From contig JAZBPW010000174.1 of assembly GCA_036351795.1 (NCBI GenBank), positions 339 through 64,338 of the forward strand: 64,000 bases of DNA, written 5' to 3'. A program made the position numbers and the translations under genes. The stretch comes from Candidatus Zhuqueibacterota bacterium. GTDB lineage: Bacteria; Zhuqueibacterota; Zhuqueibacteria; Thermofontimicrobiales; Thiofontviventaceae. The notes under the pieces were generated by a model. That model was given only the letters and a program-made list of their open reading frames with translations, made no database searches and had not been told where the DNA came from. Below, one piece after another: positions 1 to 8,510 of the stretch. Each line of letters opens with the position of its first letter. Position 1 is the stretch's first letter.

Positions 1-1
1 C

Positions 2-1663
2 GACTGGAAAGCCATGTTTCCCGATACAGTGACATATCCGCTTACGTCTGGTGCTTCCGGTCCCAGTGAAGCCGGCAGCCATCAGGTCGAAACCTCTGAT
101 ACGGACAACGGCAGAGTCGGCGTTCTCGTGGCAAATCCCGGACACGACTTCTATCTGTTCGAGAGTTTTGATGATGGTGTTACTTGGAACGACGCCTATC
201 AGGTAATTGGAAACACCTTTTTCACGGACGAGGATTCGCTTTCTGCTCCGTTTTTGTGGGATGTCGTCATTATCGACAGCTCGGAATTCGGCGGTGATAT
301 CGATACGATTCTTTATCCATTCTATCACGATTCTGAGACCGGTGAGCCGGAAACATGGGGTCCCCGACCTCATGGTCCTGCAGATCTGCTGTATGTGAAT
401 GGTGAACCCCATGTCGTCTGGAATCAAACGTTATGGACTTCTGATAATTCTTACTATCCAAACGGGTATAGCTACACTTGGACGAATCCGGCTTATAAAT
501 TTTTGGACGGCAGTACAAGGCGCAGAGATGCAAATTTTTCTATTAAGCACTGGAGCCCTTCCACAGGCGTTTCAACTATTTGGTTCCAAGATGAAACTTC
601 CAGTGTATGGCCGGGAACGTTCCAGCAGTACGTCACTATGCCGCAGATCGGTGTCGATGAAAGCGGTTCGCTCTATTGCCTGTTCACCAAGTACAGCGAT
701 ACCGACACCCTTCTGGCGTCGGATGGCATCAGCCAGGCTGACACAGATTTTGGACCTCTGAGTTTCGGTCGTATCTGGGGCGCGAAATCGGACGATGGCG
801 GCGCGACATGGTATGACGCTGTGCAAATGATACCCGAAGAGGATTGTATTCATCAGAATCTCAGATACATCGCTGTCGCGAATCAGAACGGTAATGATGC
901 GATTCAAATTCTTTATCAGAATACGCCGGATGTTCCGGGTGTGCCGATCGGCGAAGGTTCCGATCACAGCACCTGGGCCAATGCGAATATGATGCACTGG
1001 GCGATACCGACATCTGCATTTCCAATGACTATGGAGGTGGAAAAGGGACCAGAACTTCTGCTGGAAACCTCCAGCACCATGGGCGGATTGCATTTCGGCG
1101 ACATCGGCAATGCCGGTGAAGCGATGCTCAGCTTCAAAGTCCATAATATCGGCGACGAGGACCTCGTTGTGGATGAAATTTTCACAACCGATAAATCTTT
1201 CAACGCCACGCCGACCAGTTTCACAGTGGCTCCCGGCGGAATGCAGGAAGTTCAGGTGACTTTCAAGCCGAGAACGGATCAGATGTACGATGAAATCCTG
1301 GCGTTGCCGAACAATGACCCGACCGAAGGAAATGCCGGAATCCCATTGGAGGGCATGGGCCTGCCAACGTCAGTGGCCGAGACACCGAACGCTCAGCCCG
1401 CGACCTACGCGCTGGCTCAGAACTATCCGAATCCGTTCAATCCTGTAACCCATATCAGCTTCAGCCTGAAACAGGCTGGTCAGGTGAAACTGGCTGTCTA
1501 CAATGCGCTGGGTGAAGAGGTCGATGTGCTGGTGAATGAAAACATGCGCGGCGGAAGCCATACATTCACCTGGAAGCCGTCGAATGTCTCCAGCGGCGTC
1601 TATTTTTATCGCATCACCGCAGGTGAGTTCAGCAGCATGAAGAAGATGATTTTAATGAAATAG
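2..1663 (+). CDS. Secreted BNR/sialidase-like beta-propeller protein with T9SS C-terminal sorting domain (5' partial)
   Basis: The reading frame is open to the window edge and the M14 product has no signal peptide, so the gene is truncated. Two Asp-box/BNR motifs are present (SFDDGVTW, KSDDGGATW). There is an Ig-like segment (LSFKVHNIGDEDLVVDEI...VQVTFKP). The C-terminus QNYPNPFNPVTHISF...SGVYFYRI...KKMILMK fits the Por/T9SS CTD pattern (TIGR04183-like). Confidence 0.7.
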   Translation, partial: DWKAMFPDTVTYPLTSGASGPSEAGSHQVETSDTDNGRVGVLVANPGHDFYLFESFDDGVTWNDAYQVIGNTFFTDEDSLSAPFLWDVVIIDSSEFGGDIDTILYPFYHDSETGEPETWGPRPHGPADLLYVNGEPHVVWNQTLWTSDNSYYPNGYSYTWTNPAYKFLDGSTRRRDANFSIKHWSPSTGVSTIWFQDETSSVWPGTFQQYVTMPQIGVDESGSLYCLFTKYSDTDTLLASDGISQADTDFGPLSFGRIWGAKSDDGGATWYDAVQMIPEEDCIHQNLRYIAVANQNGNDAIQILYQNTPDVPGVPIGEGSDHSTWANANMMHWAIPTSAFPMTMEVEKGPELLLETSSTMGGLHFGDIGNAGEAMLSFKVHNIGDEDLVVDEIFTTDKSFNATPTSFTVAPGGMQEVQVTFKPRTDQMYDEILALPNNDPTEGNAGIPLEGMGLPTSVAETPNAQPATYALAQNYPNPFNPVTHISFSLKQAGQVKLAVYNALGEEVDVLVNENMRGGSHTFTWKPSNVSSGVYFYRITAGEFSSMKKMILMK

Positions 1664-1684
1664 TACGGGGTACGATTCTGTGTA

Positions 1685-1724
1685 ACCACAAGGACACTGG
1701 ATGATTATCCTCTGTCCTTGTGGT
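1685..1724 (+). terminator. Perfect 12-bp-stem hairpin between the BNR gene and the TonB-dependent receptor gene (attenuator, processing or stabiliser hairpin; weak U-tract)
   Basis: ACCACAAGGACA (1685-1696) and TGTCCTTGTGGT (1713-1724) are exact reverse complements with a 16-nt loop. They are followed by ATTTAAAT rather than a clean T-run. The hairpin lies 22 nt after the upstream stop and 25 nt before ATG 1750. Confidence 0.4.
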
Positions 1725-1749
1725 ATTTAAATCAGGGAGTGAATGTGTA

Positions 1750-4731
1750 ATGAGAAAAATCACTAAATCAGCCTTATTTCTCATAATAATGCTGGTAATC
1801 AGTTCTCAAATATGTCTGGCCGGCACTGTCGGAAAGATCGTCGGTTATGTGACGGACGCGAAAACAGGAGAGCCTTTGCCGGGTTGTAATGTGGTGATCA
1901 AGGGCACGAATATGGGCTCCGCGACGGACATCGAAGGGTATTTTTTCATCGTCAATGTGCCTCCCGGTACCTACACCGTATTTGCCAGTATGGTTGGCTA
2001 TGGTGTGCTCGAAAAGACCGGAGTTCGCATCTCCATGGATTTGACGACAAATGTCAATTTCAGGCTCAAGGAAGAGGTGATCGAAGGCGAAACCGTACAG
2101 GTGGTCGCCGAGAGACCCATGGTGGAAAAGGACGTCACCGTCAAGAAGATGGTGATCAGCGCGCAGGAGATCAGAAGCGCGCCAGTCCAGGACCTCACCG
2201 ACATGATGACACTGCAATCCGGTGTGATTGCCATCGAATATCAATCCTACGGAATTCCCGGATTCGCCGCGCGTGGTGTGGAACAGATCCATGTCCGTGG
2301 CGGCCGGTCGGGAGAGGTCGGGTATATTTTCGACGGCATGTACATCGAGAATCCAACATACGGCGGAATCGGTAAGGGTACGCGTCTCAATAAGTACGCA
2401 GTGGAAGAGGTTGTGACCGAGACAGGTGTTTTCAATGCCGAATACGGCGATGCCATGTCCAGCATGGTCAACTGGGTGACCCGATCAGGTGATTTTCATA
2501 AATATGAGGGTATTCTGAGATACCGGACGAGCGAGATCGGTGGCAGCCTGGTAGATAGAAGCAGTTTCCTCTATCCAAACAGGATCCAGGGTTTGAAGGA
2601 TTTCGCCGGCGCGTTCGGCGGTCCGATTCCCTTTCTCAAGAATAAGGTCTCTTTTTATGTCTCAGGACAATCAACGAGCGAGCGATCCCGCGTCGTCGAG
2701 TTCGATGAAAATACATGGACCGATGGACCCTTGCCGGGGAACAATCCATATAACCCTGTGTCGAATTACCTCCCGCCGTACAATCCCAATGATCCGGATG
2801 ATCGCTCTGATCCGCTGGACACGATTTCCGGATGGCGGGCGCTGGGGTATGAAGGAACGAAAGACGTGTTTGCCAAACTCGCATGGCGTATCAACCCCAA
2901 CATGCAGCTCTATCTGACCAACTGGATCGTGGATACGGATCTCAAATTTTACGGCAATGAAGGCGAGTCGCTCATTTTTCAGTATTATGAGGACGGTAAA
3001 AACTGGACGCTGCTCAACTCCGACCGGCAGAGCCTCGAATGGCGGCATCAGTTGTCATCGAAGACATATTACACGCTCCGGTATTCACGTTTCTGGCAGC
3101 GCAGGCGTTATCTCGTGAAGAATCAGGATAATGATAACGACGGATATGATGACTGGCTCGAAACCCGGCTTGGCACGGATCCCTATAACGCGAATCCCAA
3201 CGTGGAAGACGCGGTTCCGGTGGATTCGGACAATGATGGCTATCCGGATGAAGTAGAGATAAATCTGGGTTTATTGCGGGATGATGTCGATATCATTCTT
3301 CCCGGGGGTGCGGAAAACGATCCGAACGTATACCCGGATCCGTCGCTATTCCCGCTGAGCAACGAGTGGCTGGAACCCTGGCAATACAACTCATGGGGGT
3401 ACGGCTATCAGGCGCCATATTACAGCTACACGATCGAAGGCTCCGGCCGCTACTGGCACCACTCCTACGCCGAAACCAATGAACTGCGGCTGGATGTGAC
3501 GAGCCAGGTGAGCAAGAACCATCAACTGCAGATGGGGATCGATGGCAAAACGCACAACCTGTTTTTTGATGAAATTCAGCTCCCATGGCTTGAGCAACCT
3601 TATGAAGACAGCTATCACAATTATCCATACGAGGCTGCGGCATACATTCAGGACAAGGTTGAGTATCCGCACATGACCATCAACCTCGGCCTGCGTTTCG
3701 ACATGAATAACTATAATACCACGGCTTGGGAAGATCCGAACGATCCCGACAGTCCATTGGTCGATACAAAAAATAAATACAAATGGAGTCCCAGGCTCGG
3801 TATATCGCATGTGATCACCGATCGCGCGACATTTACGTTCGGCTACGGTATCTTCTATCAGAATCCGATTTACAGGAATATCTATCTCAACAGCCAGCGC
3901 GATTTAACCACATTCTCTCCCATAGTGGGAAATCCGCTGGTGGGTGCTCAAAAACTTACGGCATATGAATTCGGCGTACGGAACCAGGTCTCCTCGGACT
4001 GGGTCGTCGACCTGGTCGGCTGGATCAAGGAGTACGGCGAGCTGGATGCTACGGAGAGAGTCCCCGCATTCCCGTTCAGCTACACGGTGAATAAGGGCAT
4101 CGATTACGGCACGGCACGGGGTGTGGATGTCACGCTTGAAAAACGGAGTATTTCGGACAATCTCGCCGGACGTGTCACCTATACGTACTCAGTCGCAAAG
4201 GCGAATCGCGCGGATCCATGGGAAGGATACAGAAACACGGATACGCCTGAAACTATGCCAAAAAGAGAGATTCTGATGAATTATGACCGTACCCATGACT
4301 TCAGCGTGATCATGGGATATCTGACGCCAAAGGGCAGGGGGATCGATATTTTCGGAATAAAACCTTTTTCCAACCTGCGCTGGGATGTTGTCTTCTTTGC
4401 GCAGAGCGGCGCACCCTATACGCCGACCATCGAAGGCATACCACAGGAGACGAATTCCGAGAGAATGCCCTGGATTTATCAGACAAATTTAGGGTTCTCC
4501 AAGATATTCGAGATCGGCGATTTCAAGTACAAGATCGGTATGACCGTTGAAAATCTTTTCGATCGCGAGAATGTGATCGATGTTTATAATGAAACAGGGA
4601 GGCCGGATGATCCAGGCCGTCGCGCGAATAACAGGATCGCTGCCGGACAAAATTCCGACACATCGTACGATACGCCATACTTTTACGGTCCGAGAAGAAG
4701 TATTCAGTTCACAACGGAAATTGAGTTTTAA
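1750..4731 (+). CDS. SusC/RagA-like TonB-dependent outer-membrane receptor (carboxypeptidase-regulatory-like N-domain + plug + barrel)
   Basis: Start moved from track position 1720 (inside the hairpin) to ATG 1750, which gives the signal peptide MRKITKSALFLIIMLVISSQICLA. The N-domain reads GKIVGYVTDAKTGEPLPGCNVVIKGTNMGSATDIEGYFFIVNVPPGTYTVFASMVGY. A plug-like segment reads ISAQEIRSAPVQDLTDMMTLQSGV...HVRGGRSGEVGYIFDGMYIENP. An ~800-aa barrel region ends in the OMP-type terminal Phe (TTEIEF). Confidence 0.8.
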   Translation: MRKITKSALFLIIMLVISSQICLAGTVGKIVGYVTDAKTGEPLPGCNVVIKGTNMGSATDIEGYFFIVNVPPGTYTVFASMVGYGVLEKTGVRISMDLTTNVNFRLKEEVIEGETVQVVAERPMVEKDVTVKKMVISAQEIRSAPVQDLTDMMTLQSGVIAIEYQSYGIPGFAARGVEQIHVRGGRSGEVGYIFDGMYIENPTYGGIGKGTRLNKYAVEEVVTETGVFNAEYGDAMSSMVNWVTRSGDFHKYEGILRYRTSEIGGSLVDRSSFLYPNRIQGLKDFAGAFGGPIPFLKNKVSFYVSGQSTSERSRVVEFDENTWTDGPLPGNNPYNPVSNYLPPYNPNDPDDRSDPLDTISGWRALGYEGTKDVFAKLAWRINPNMQLYLTNWIVDTDLKFYGNEGESLIFQYYEDGKNWTLLNSDRQSLEWRHQLSSKTYYTLRYSRFWQRRRYLVKNQDNDNDGYDDWLETRLGTDPYNANPNVEDAVPVDSDNDGYPDEVEINLGLLRDDVDIILPGGAENDPNVYPDPSLFPLSNEWLEPWQYNSWGYGYQAPYYSYTIEGSGRYWHHSYAETNELRLDVTSQVSKNHQLQMGIDGKTHNLFFDEIQLPWLEQPYEDSYHNYPYEAAAYIQDKVEYPHMTINLGLRFDMNNYNTTAWEDPNDPDSPLVDTKNKYKWSPRLGISHVITDRATFTFGYGIFYQNPIYRNIYLNSQRDLTTFSPIVGNPLVGAQKLTAYEFGVRNQVSSDWVVDLVGWIKEYGELDATERVPAFPFSYTVNKGIDYGTARGVDVTLEKRSISDNLAGRVTYTYSVAKANRADPWEGYRNTDTPETMPKREILMNYDRTHDFSVIMGYLTPKGRGIDIFGIKPFSNLRWDVVFFAQSGAPYTPTIEGIPQETNSERMPWIYQTNLGFSKIFEIGDFKYKIGMTVENLFDRENVIDVYNETGRPDDPGRRANNRIAAGQNSDTSYDTPYFYGPRRSIQFTTEIEF

Positions 4732-4770
4732 TCTCTGATACATTTATCTAAAATCAGAAGAGGCAATTTT

Positions 4771-7700
4771 ATGAGGAAATTAAGTATTATCGTAATTCTA
4801 TTTTCCTTGCTTTTCACGCATGCGATCCTTTTGGCAGTGGATGCCAAGAAATCGGATACAACATCGGGTTCATTGAAGAAGGGATCGGAGAATGAGATGA
4901 GCTCGGCCATCGATGAAACGCCCGAAGAGGCCATCGCGCAACGGGCAAAGGGTTTTTTGCTGAAAGGCGAGTTAAAGACCATGACGGCCAACACCGGCAA
5001 GATCGTGGGCCATGATTTTTCCAACTGGTCGAATCCCGAAGGATTGTACAAAGGATTTCAATACCTGGCAGCGGTCGGCATGATGGTGGGTGTGAACGGC
5101 GCCCGGGATGATGATCCTGCTGAAATGAAAGAACGCTATCCCTGGAGTCTGCGTCCGCACCCGACGATTACGGACAGCTTTTATTACTGGGGACCGACGG
5201 TTTCCGAGTCGCATTTCGATCGGACGAGCAATGTCACACGACCGGACTGGATGCCGGTGAAGAACCACAATGGCAGACTGCATTCCGGATCGGTGATCGC
5301 CTCCGAGGTGTCAGAATATCAGCAGTATGCTGCGCTGAATGAGCAGGTGCCTTTGTTGGCGACCAGTGATAAGCCGAATAGCTGGCCGACCGGATATTAC
5401 AATGAAAATGGAGAGTGGATGCTTGCTCCTTCCGGCATTTACGCAGACCTGACGGATAATGAGAAAGCATTAGTCGACAGTCTGAAAGCCTATTTCGATC
5501 CGGAAGAGGAGACATGGCATTTCTGGCCCGGTCCATGGGCAAGAGATCCCAACCCTAACTCCCCGACCTATAATATTGAAGTGGCGGGAAGTTTTTTCTC
5601 GGATGTGGATATCTACATGGCGTATGATGACCGCTGGGCGGTTCGGGATATCGACGATAAGCAGGGTTACACAATGGGACTGGAAGTGAATGTCTCCGGT
5701 TTTTCATACGGACGTTCATTTGCCGAGGATATTATCTTCTTCCCCGTTCAGATCATCAATAAAAGCAATGAGATTGGCACCATCAAGCAAGGTCGCAGGT
5801 GGGAAGAGTATACCAATGACGGACAGGGCTGGGATTATAAAGATATGTATGTCGGATTCTATTTCGACGTGGATGCCTATAACAAACAGGCCGATGGTAA
5901 TCTGTCCGGCAGAACAAATGATGATGACATGATGGCGTACAACAGCGATCTTGATTTCGCGTACATCTGGGATCTGGATGACGAAAGCGGCGGACTGACA
6001 GGCATGGCATACACTGCCCTCAAATTTTTAGATTCACCGCCATCTGCAAGAGATCTGGATCTTGATAACGATGGTGTGATCGATGTCATGCAGGGTGACA
6101 AGCTTGGTTTGACCGACTGGCACTGGTTCGACTGGTACGCCAGACCGGGCGTTCGTGCTGTGGAAACGAATTCAGGGCCTTTTGTCGGTGATGGAACCAC
6201 ACCGGTGGCCCGGAACAAGGAAGAAGCCATGTATCGCGTGATGAGCGGCGATACAACCGGATTGACCGAGTCGCAGAAAGACTGGTATTTCTGGCATTCT
6301 GATCCCGCTGCTACCGATAATCTGCATTTCAATTCATTGGAAAATCTGTTCGGCAATTATCCCAATGGACTCGATTGCGTCCTTATCGCCAGCGCGGGAC
6401 CTTTTGATCTGGCGCTTGGCGATACTGTCAATTCGTCGTTCAGCATCATTATGGGCGACAGCCCCATCGATCTGGTACAGAACGCGGAGATCGCGCAGTT
6501 GATGTACGATAATTATTATCAGGGACCGGATCCGCCAAAGGCGCCGAATGTCCAGGCCGTTGTATCGCCCTATACGACGACAACGGGTGAAACCCGGAAC
6601 AGAGTCACATTGTATTGGGATCGTCGTTCAGAGGAGTACATGGACGTGATGACGGGCTACAAGGACTTCGAGGGCTATCGCGTATACAAGAGCACGGACG
6701 GCGGCAGGACATGGGGCGACCCGGAGAGAGATCTCATCCGCGATGAGCTCGGCATCTCCCGCGGCTGGTTGCCAGTCGCTTACTGTGACAAGATCGACGG
6801 CATAGGCGGCAGAGATCAATTCGCGCCATGGATATACCTCGGAAATGATGAGATCGATGAGGGTGAGGGCGAAGATGGACTCTTCCACTCTTTCACAGAT
6901 TATGACATAGAAGACGGTGTGACTTACTCTTACGCGGTTACGTCCTATGACTATGGAATCGAAGAGGACAACCTGCTCCTGAATCCGCTGAAGTTTCAGT
7001 TCAATCTCGAATCCCTGGAAAATTTCAAGGGGAACAGTGCGTCAGAACCGCAGTTCGTCAGCGTGACGCCGCAGCCAAAGGCCAGCAATTTCGTGGATGT
7101 GAAAATCGATACCAACACCGATGGTACGGTCAGGCGCATCGAGGGCAGCGGTCTCGCCAAGATCGTGGTCGATGTTGTCGATCCCTATCAGGTGACGGGA
7201 CATGAGTATAAGATCATTTTCAGGGATTCGCTCATATCCACAATGATTCCGGCTCTGGACTCTGTGGCAACGGATACATTGTACGGAAGCAAGGATACAG
7301 TGACAGTCTATGACTACTATGTCGATTCGACCGGTACAGAGCAACGTCAGACCCTGGTCTACAATGTATGGGATCTCGATCAGCAAGAGTGGAGGTTCAC
7401 CGACAATGATGGGAAGGCTGCTTTCAGTGATCGCATATTCAACATCGATGGCGGTGGCGCCGGTGTCGGAACGACAATCGACAGCCTCAATCAGGGCTTC
7501 ATCAACGGCACCGAGTATTCTCCGATATTCGACGGACTCCGGCTGAAGATCACCAATGTGGCGAACAAACCGTTCTTCCGCAGAGCGCGATGGTCCGGAG
7601 AGTCCAACTGGGAGATCGATTTTGTGAAGTGGGCGACTCAGGTTCCCAAGGATTATATGCTGATATTCAACAGTTCTTATCCTGATTCGGCATATCAACT

Positions 7701-8484
7701 GGCAGGGCCGCTCATCAACAGGATTCCGATCAATTTCAAGGCGTACGATATCACAGAAGGCGTGAATAGTCCCGATCCAGTCGACGCGATCTGGATGGAG
7801 GTTGATGAAGAACCGTTGGGTGAATTCAACAGCGGTGATGAGCTGGGATTCATCGAAGACGCGACCTTTTTCAATACACCGGGCGGTGTTTTGCCACGCG
7901 GCACCAAAACGTGGAAACTGGATCTCACATGGTATGATGAGGACACCTGGGTCATCTTTCCGCCGGAAACGCTGCTGACGTCAAATACGGATCCGGAAAC
8001 AGGTGTCGTGACAGTCGACACGACGGTCATACCGGCCGATTCCGTCTTCAGGTTCGAAAGCATACCGTGGGAAGACAACGATACGCTCTTCATTACGACG
8101 TGGAAACCGCTCTCAACGAGTGATATTTTCCAGTTCGACACGACACCGTATGAGATACGGGATGATATGGATGATGCGCTCGCGAACGTCCGCGTCGTTC
8201 CAAATCCGTATATTGTGTCCGCGTATTGGGAGTCGGATCCCAACAGACTGAAAATCCAATTTACCAATTTGCCCAAGGTGTGTACGATTCACATCTTCAA
8301 TCTGGCGGGTGAGCTGATCAACAGGCTCGAACACTGGAGTCCGGCGAGCGATCCTGGAACGGGTACGGAAGACTGGAACCTCTGGACGATGAATCGTCAG
8401 GAGGTCGCTTTCGGACTCTATATCTATGTGATCGAAACGCCACAGGGAGAAAAAAAGATTGGTAAATTTGCAATCATCCGTTAG
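4771..8484 (+). CDS. Giant secreted protein of unknown function (1237 aa) with FN3-like module and class-2 (PNPY...GKFAIIR) C-terminal beta-sandwich sorting-type domain
   Basis: Signal peptide MRKLSIIVILFSLLFTHAILLAVDA with no lipobox Cys. FN3-like stretch PPKAPNVQAV...RVTLYWDRRSE...FEGYRVYKSTDGGRTWG. Ca-loop-like DLDLDNDGVIDV. C-terminus VVPNPYIVSAYW...IHIFNLAGELI...GLYIYVIETPQGEKKIGKFAIIR. No catalytic motif recognised (no HEXXH). It starts 39 nt after the TBDT stop. Confidence 0.75.
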   Translation: MRKLSIIVILFSLLFTHAILLAVDAKKSDTTSGSLKKGSENEMSSAIDETPEEAIAQRAKGFLLKGELKTMTANTGKIVGHDFSNWSNPEGLYKGFQYLAAVGMMVGVNGARDDDPAEMKERYPWSLRPHPTITDSFYYWGPTVSESHFDRTSNVTRPDWMPVKNHNGRLHSGSVIASEVSEYQQYAALNEQVPLLATSDKPNSWPTGYYNENGEWMLAPSGIYADLTDNEKALVDSLKAYFDPEEETWHFWPGPWARDPNPNSPTYNIEVAGSFFSDVDIYMAYDDRWAVRDIDDKQGYTMGLEVNVSGFSYGRSFAEDIIFFPVQIINKSNEIGTIKQGRRWEEYTNDGQGWDYKDMYVGFYFDVDAYNKQADGNLSGRTNDDDMMAYNSDLDFAYIWDLDDESGGLTGMAYTALKFLDSPPSARDLDLDNDGVIDVMQGDKLGLTDWHWFDWYARPGVRAVETNSGPFVGDGTTPVARNKEEAMYRVMSGDTTGLTESQKDWYFWHSDPAATDNLHFNSLENLFGNYPNGLDCVLIASAGPFDLALGDTVNSSFSIIMGDSPIDLVQNAEIAQLMYDNYYQGPDPPKAPNVQAVVSPYTTTTGETRNRVTLYWDRRSEEYMDVMTGYKDFEGYRVYKSTDGGRTWGDPERDLIRDELGISRGWLPVAYCDKIDGIGGRDQFAPWIYLGNDEIDEGEGEDGLFHSFTDYDIEDGVTYSYAVTSYDYGIEEDNLLLNPLKFQFNLESLENFKGNSASEPQFVSVTPQPKASNFVDVKIDTNTDGTVRRIEGSGLAKIVVDVVDPYQVTGHEYKIIFRDSLISTMIPALDSVATDTLYGSKDTVTVYDYYVDSTGTEQRQTLVYNVWDLDQQEWRFTDNDGKAAFSDRIFNIDGGGAGVGTTIDSLNQGFINGTEYSPIFDGLRLKITNVANKPFFRRARWSGESNWEIDFVKWATQVPKDYMLIFNSSYPDSAYQLAGPLINRIPINFKAYDITEGVNSPDPVDAIWMEVDEEPLGEFNSGDELGFIEDATFFNTPGGVLPRGTKTWKLDLTWYDEDTWVIFPPETLLTSNTDPETGVVTVDTTVIPADSVFRFESIPWEDNDTLFITTWKPLSTSDIFQFDTTPYEIRDDMDDALANVRVVPNPYIVSAYWESDPNRLKIQFTNLPKVCTIHIFNLAGELINRLEHWSPASDPGTGTEDWNLWTMNRQEVAFGLYIYVIETPQGEKKIGKFAIIR

Positions 8485-8510
8485 CATAAATTACATGGAG
8501 TTCATATAAA

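Noticed and set aside
7042-7698. 218-aa minus-strand ORF (similar cases at 7695-8276, 15274-15879, 17633-18292 and 27859-28524)
   Set aside because: All lie antisense inside long, motif-supported genes. They are treated as shadow ORFs.
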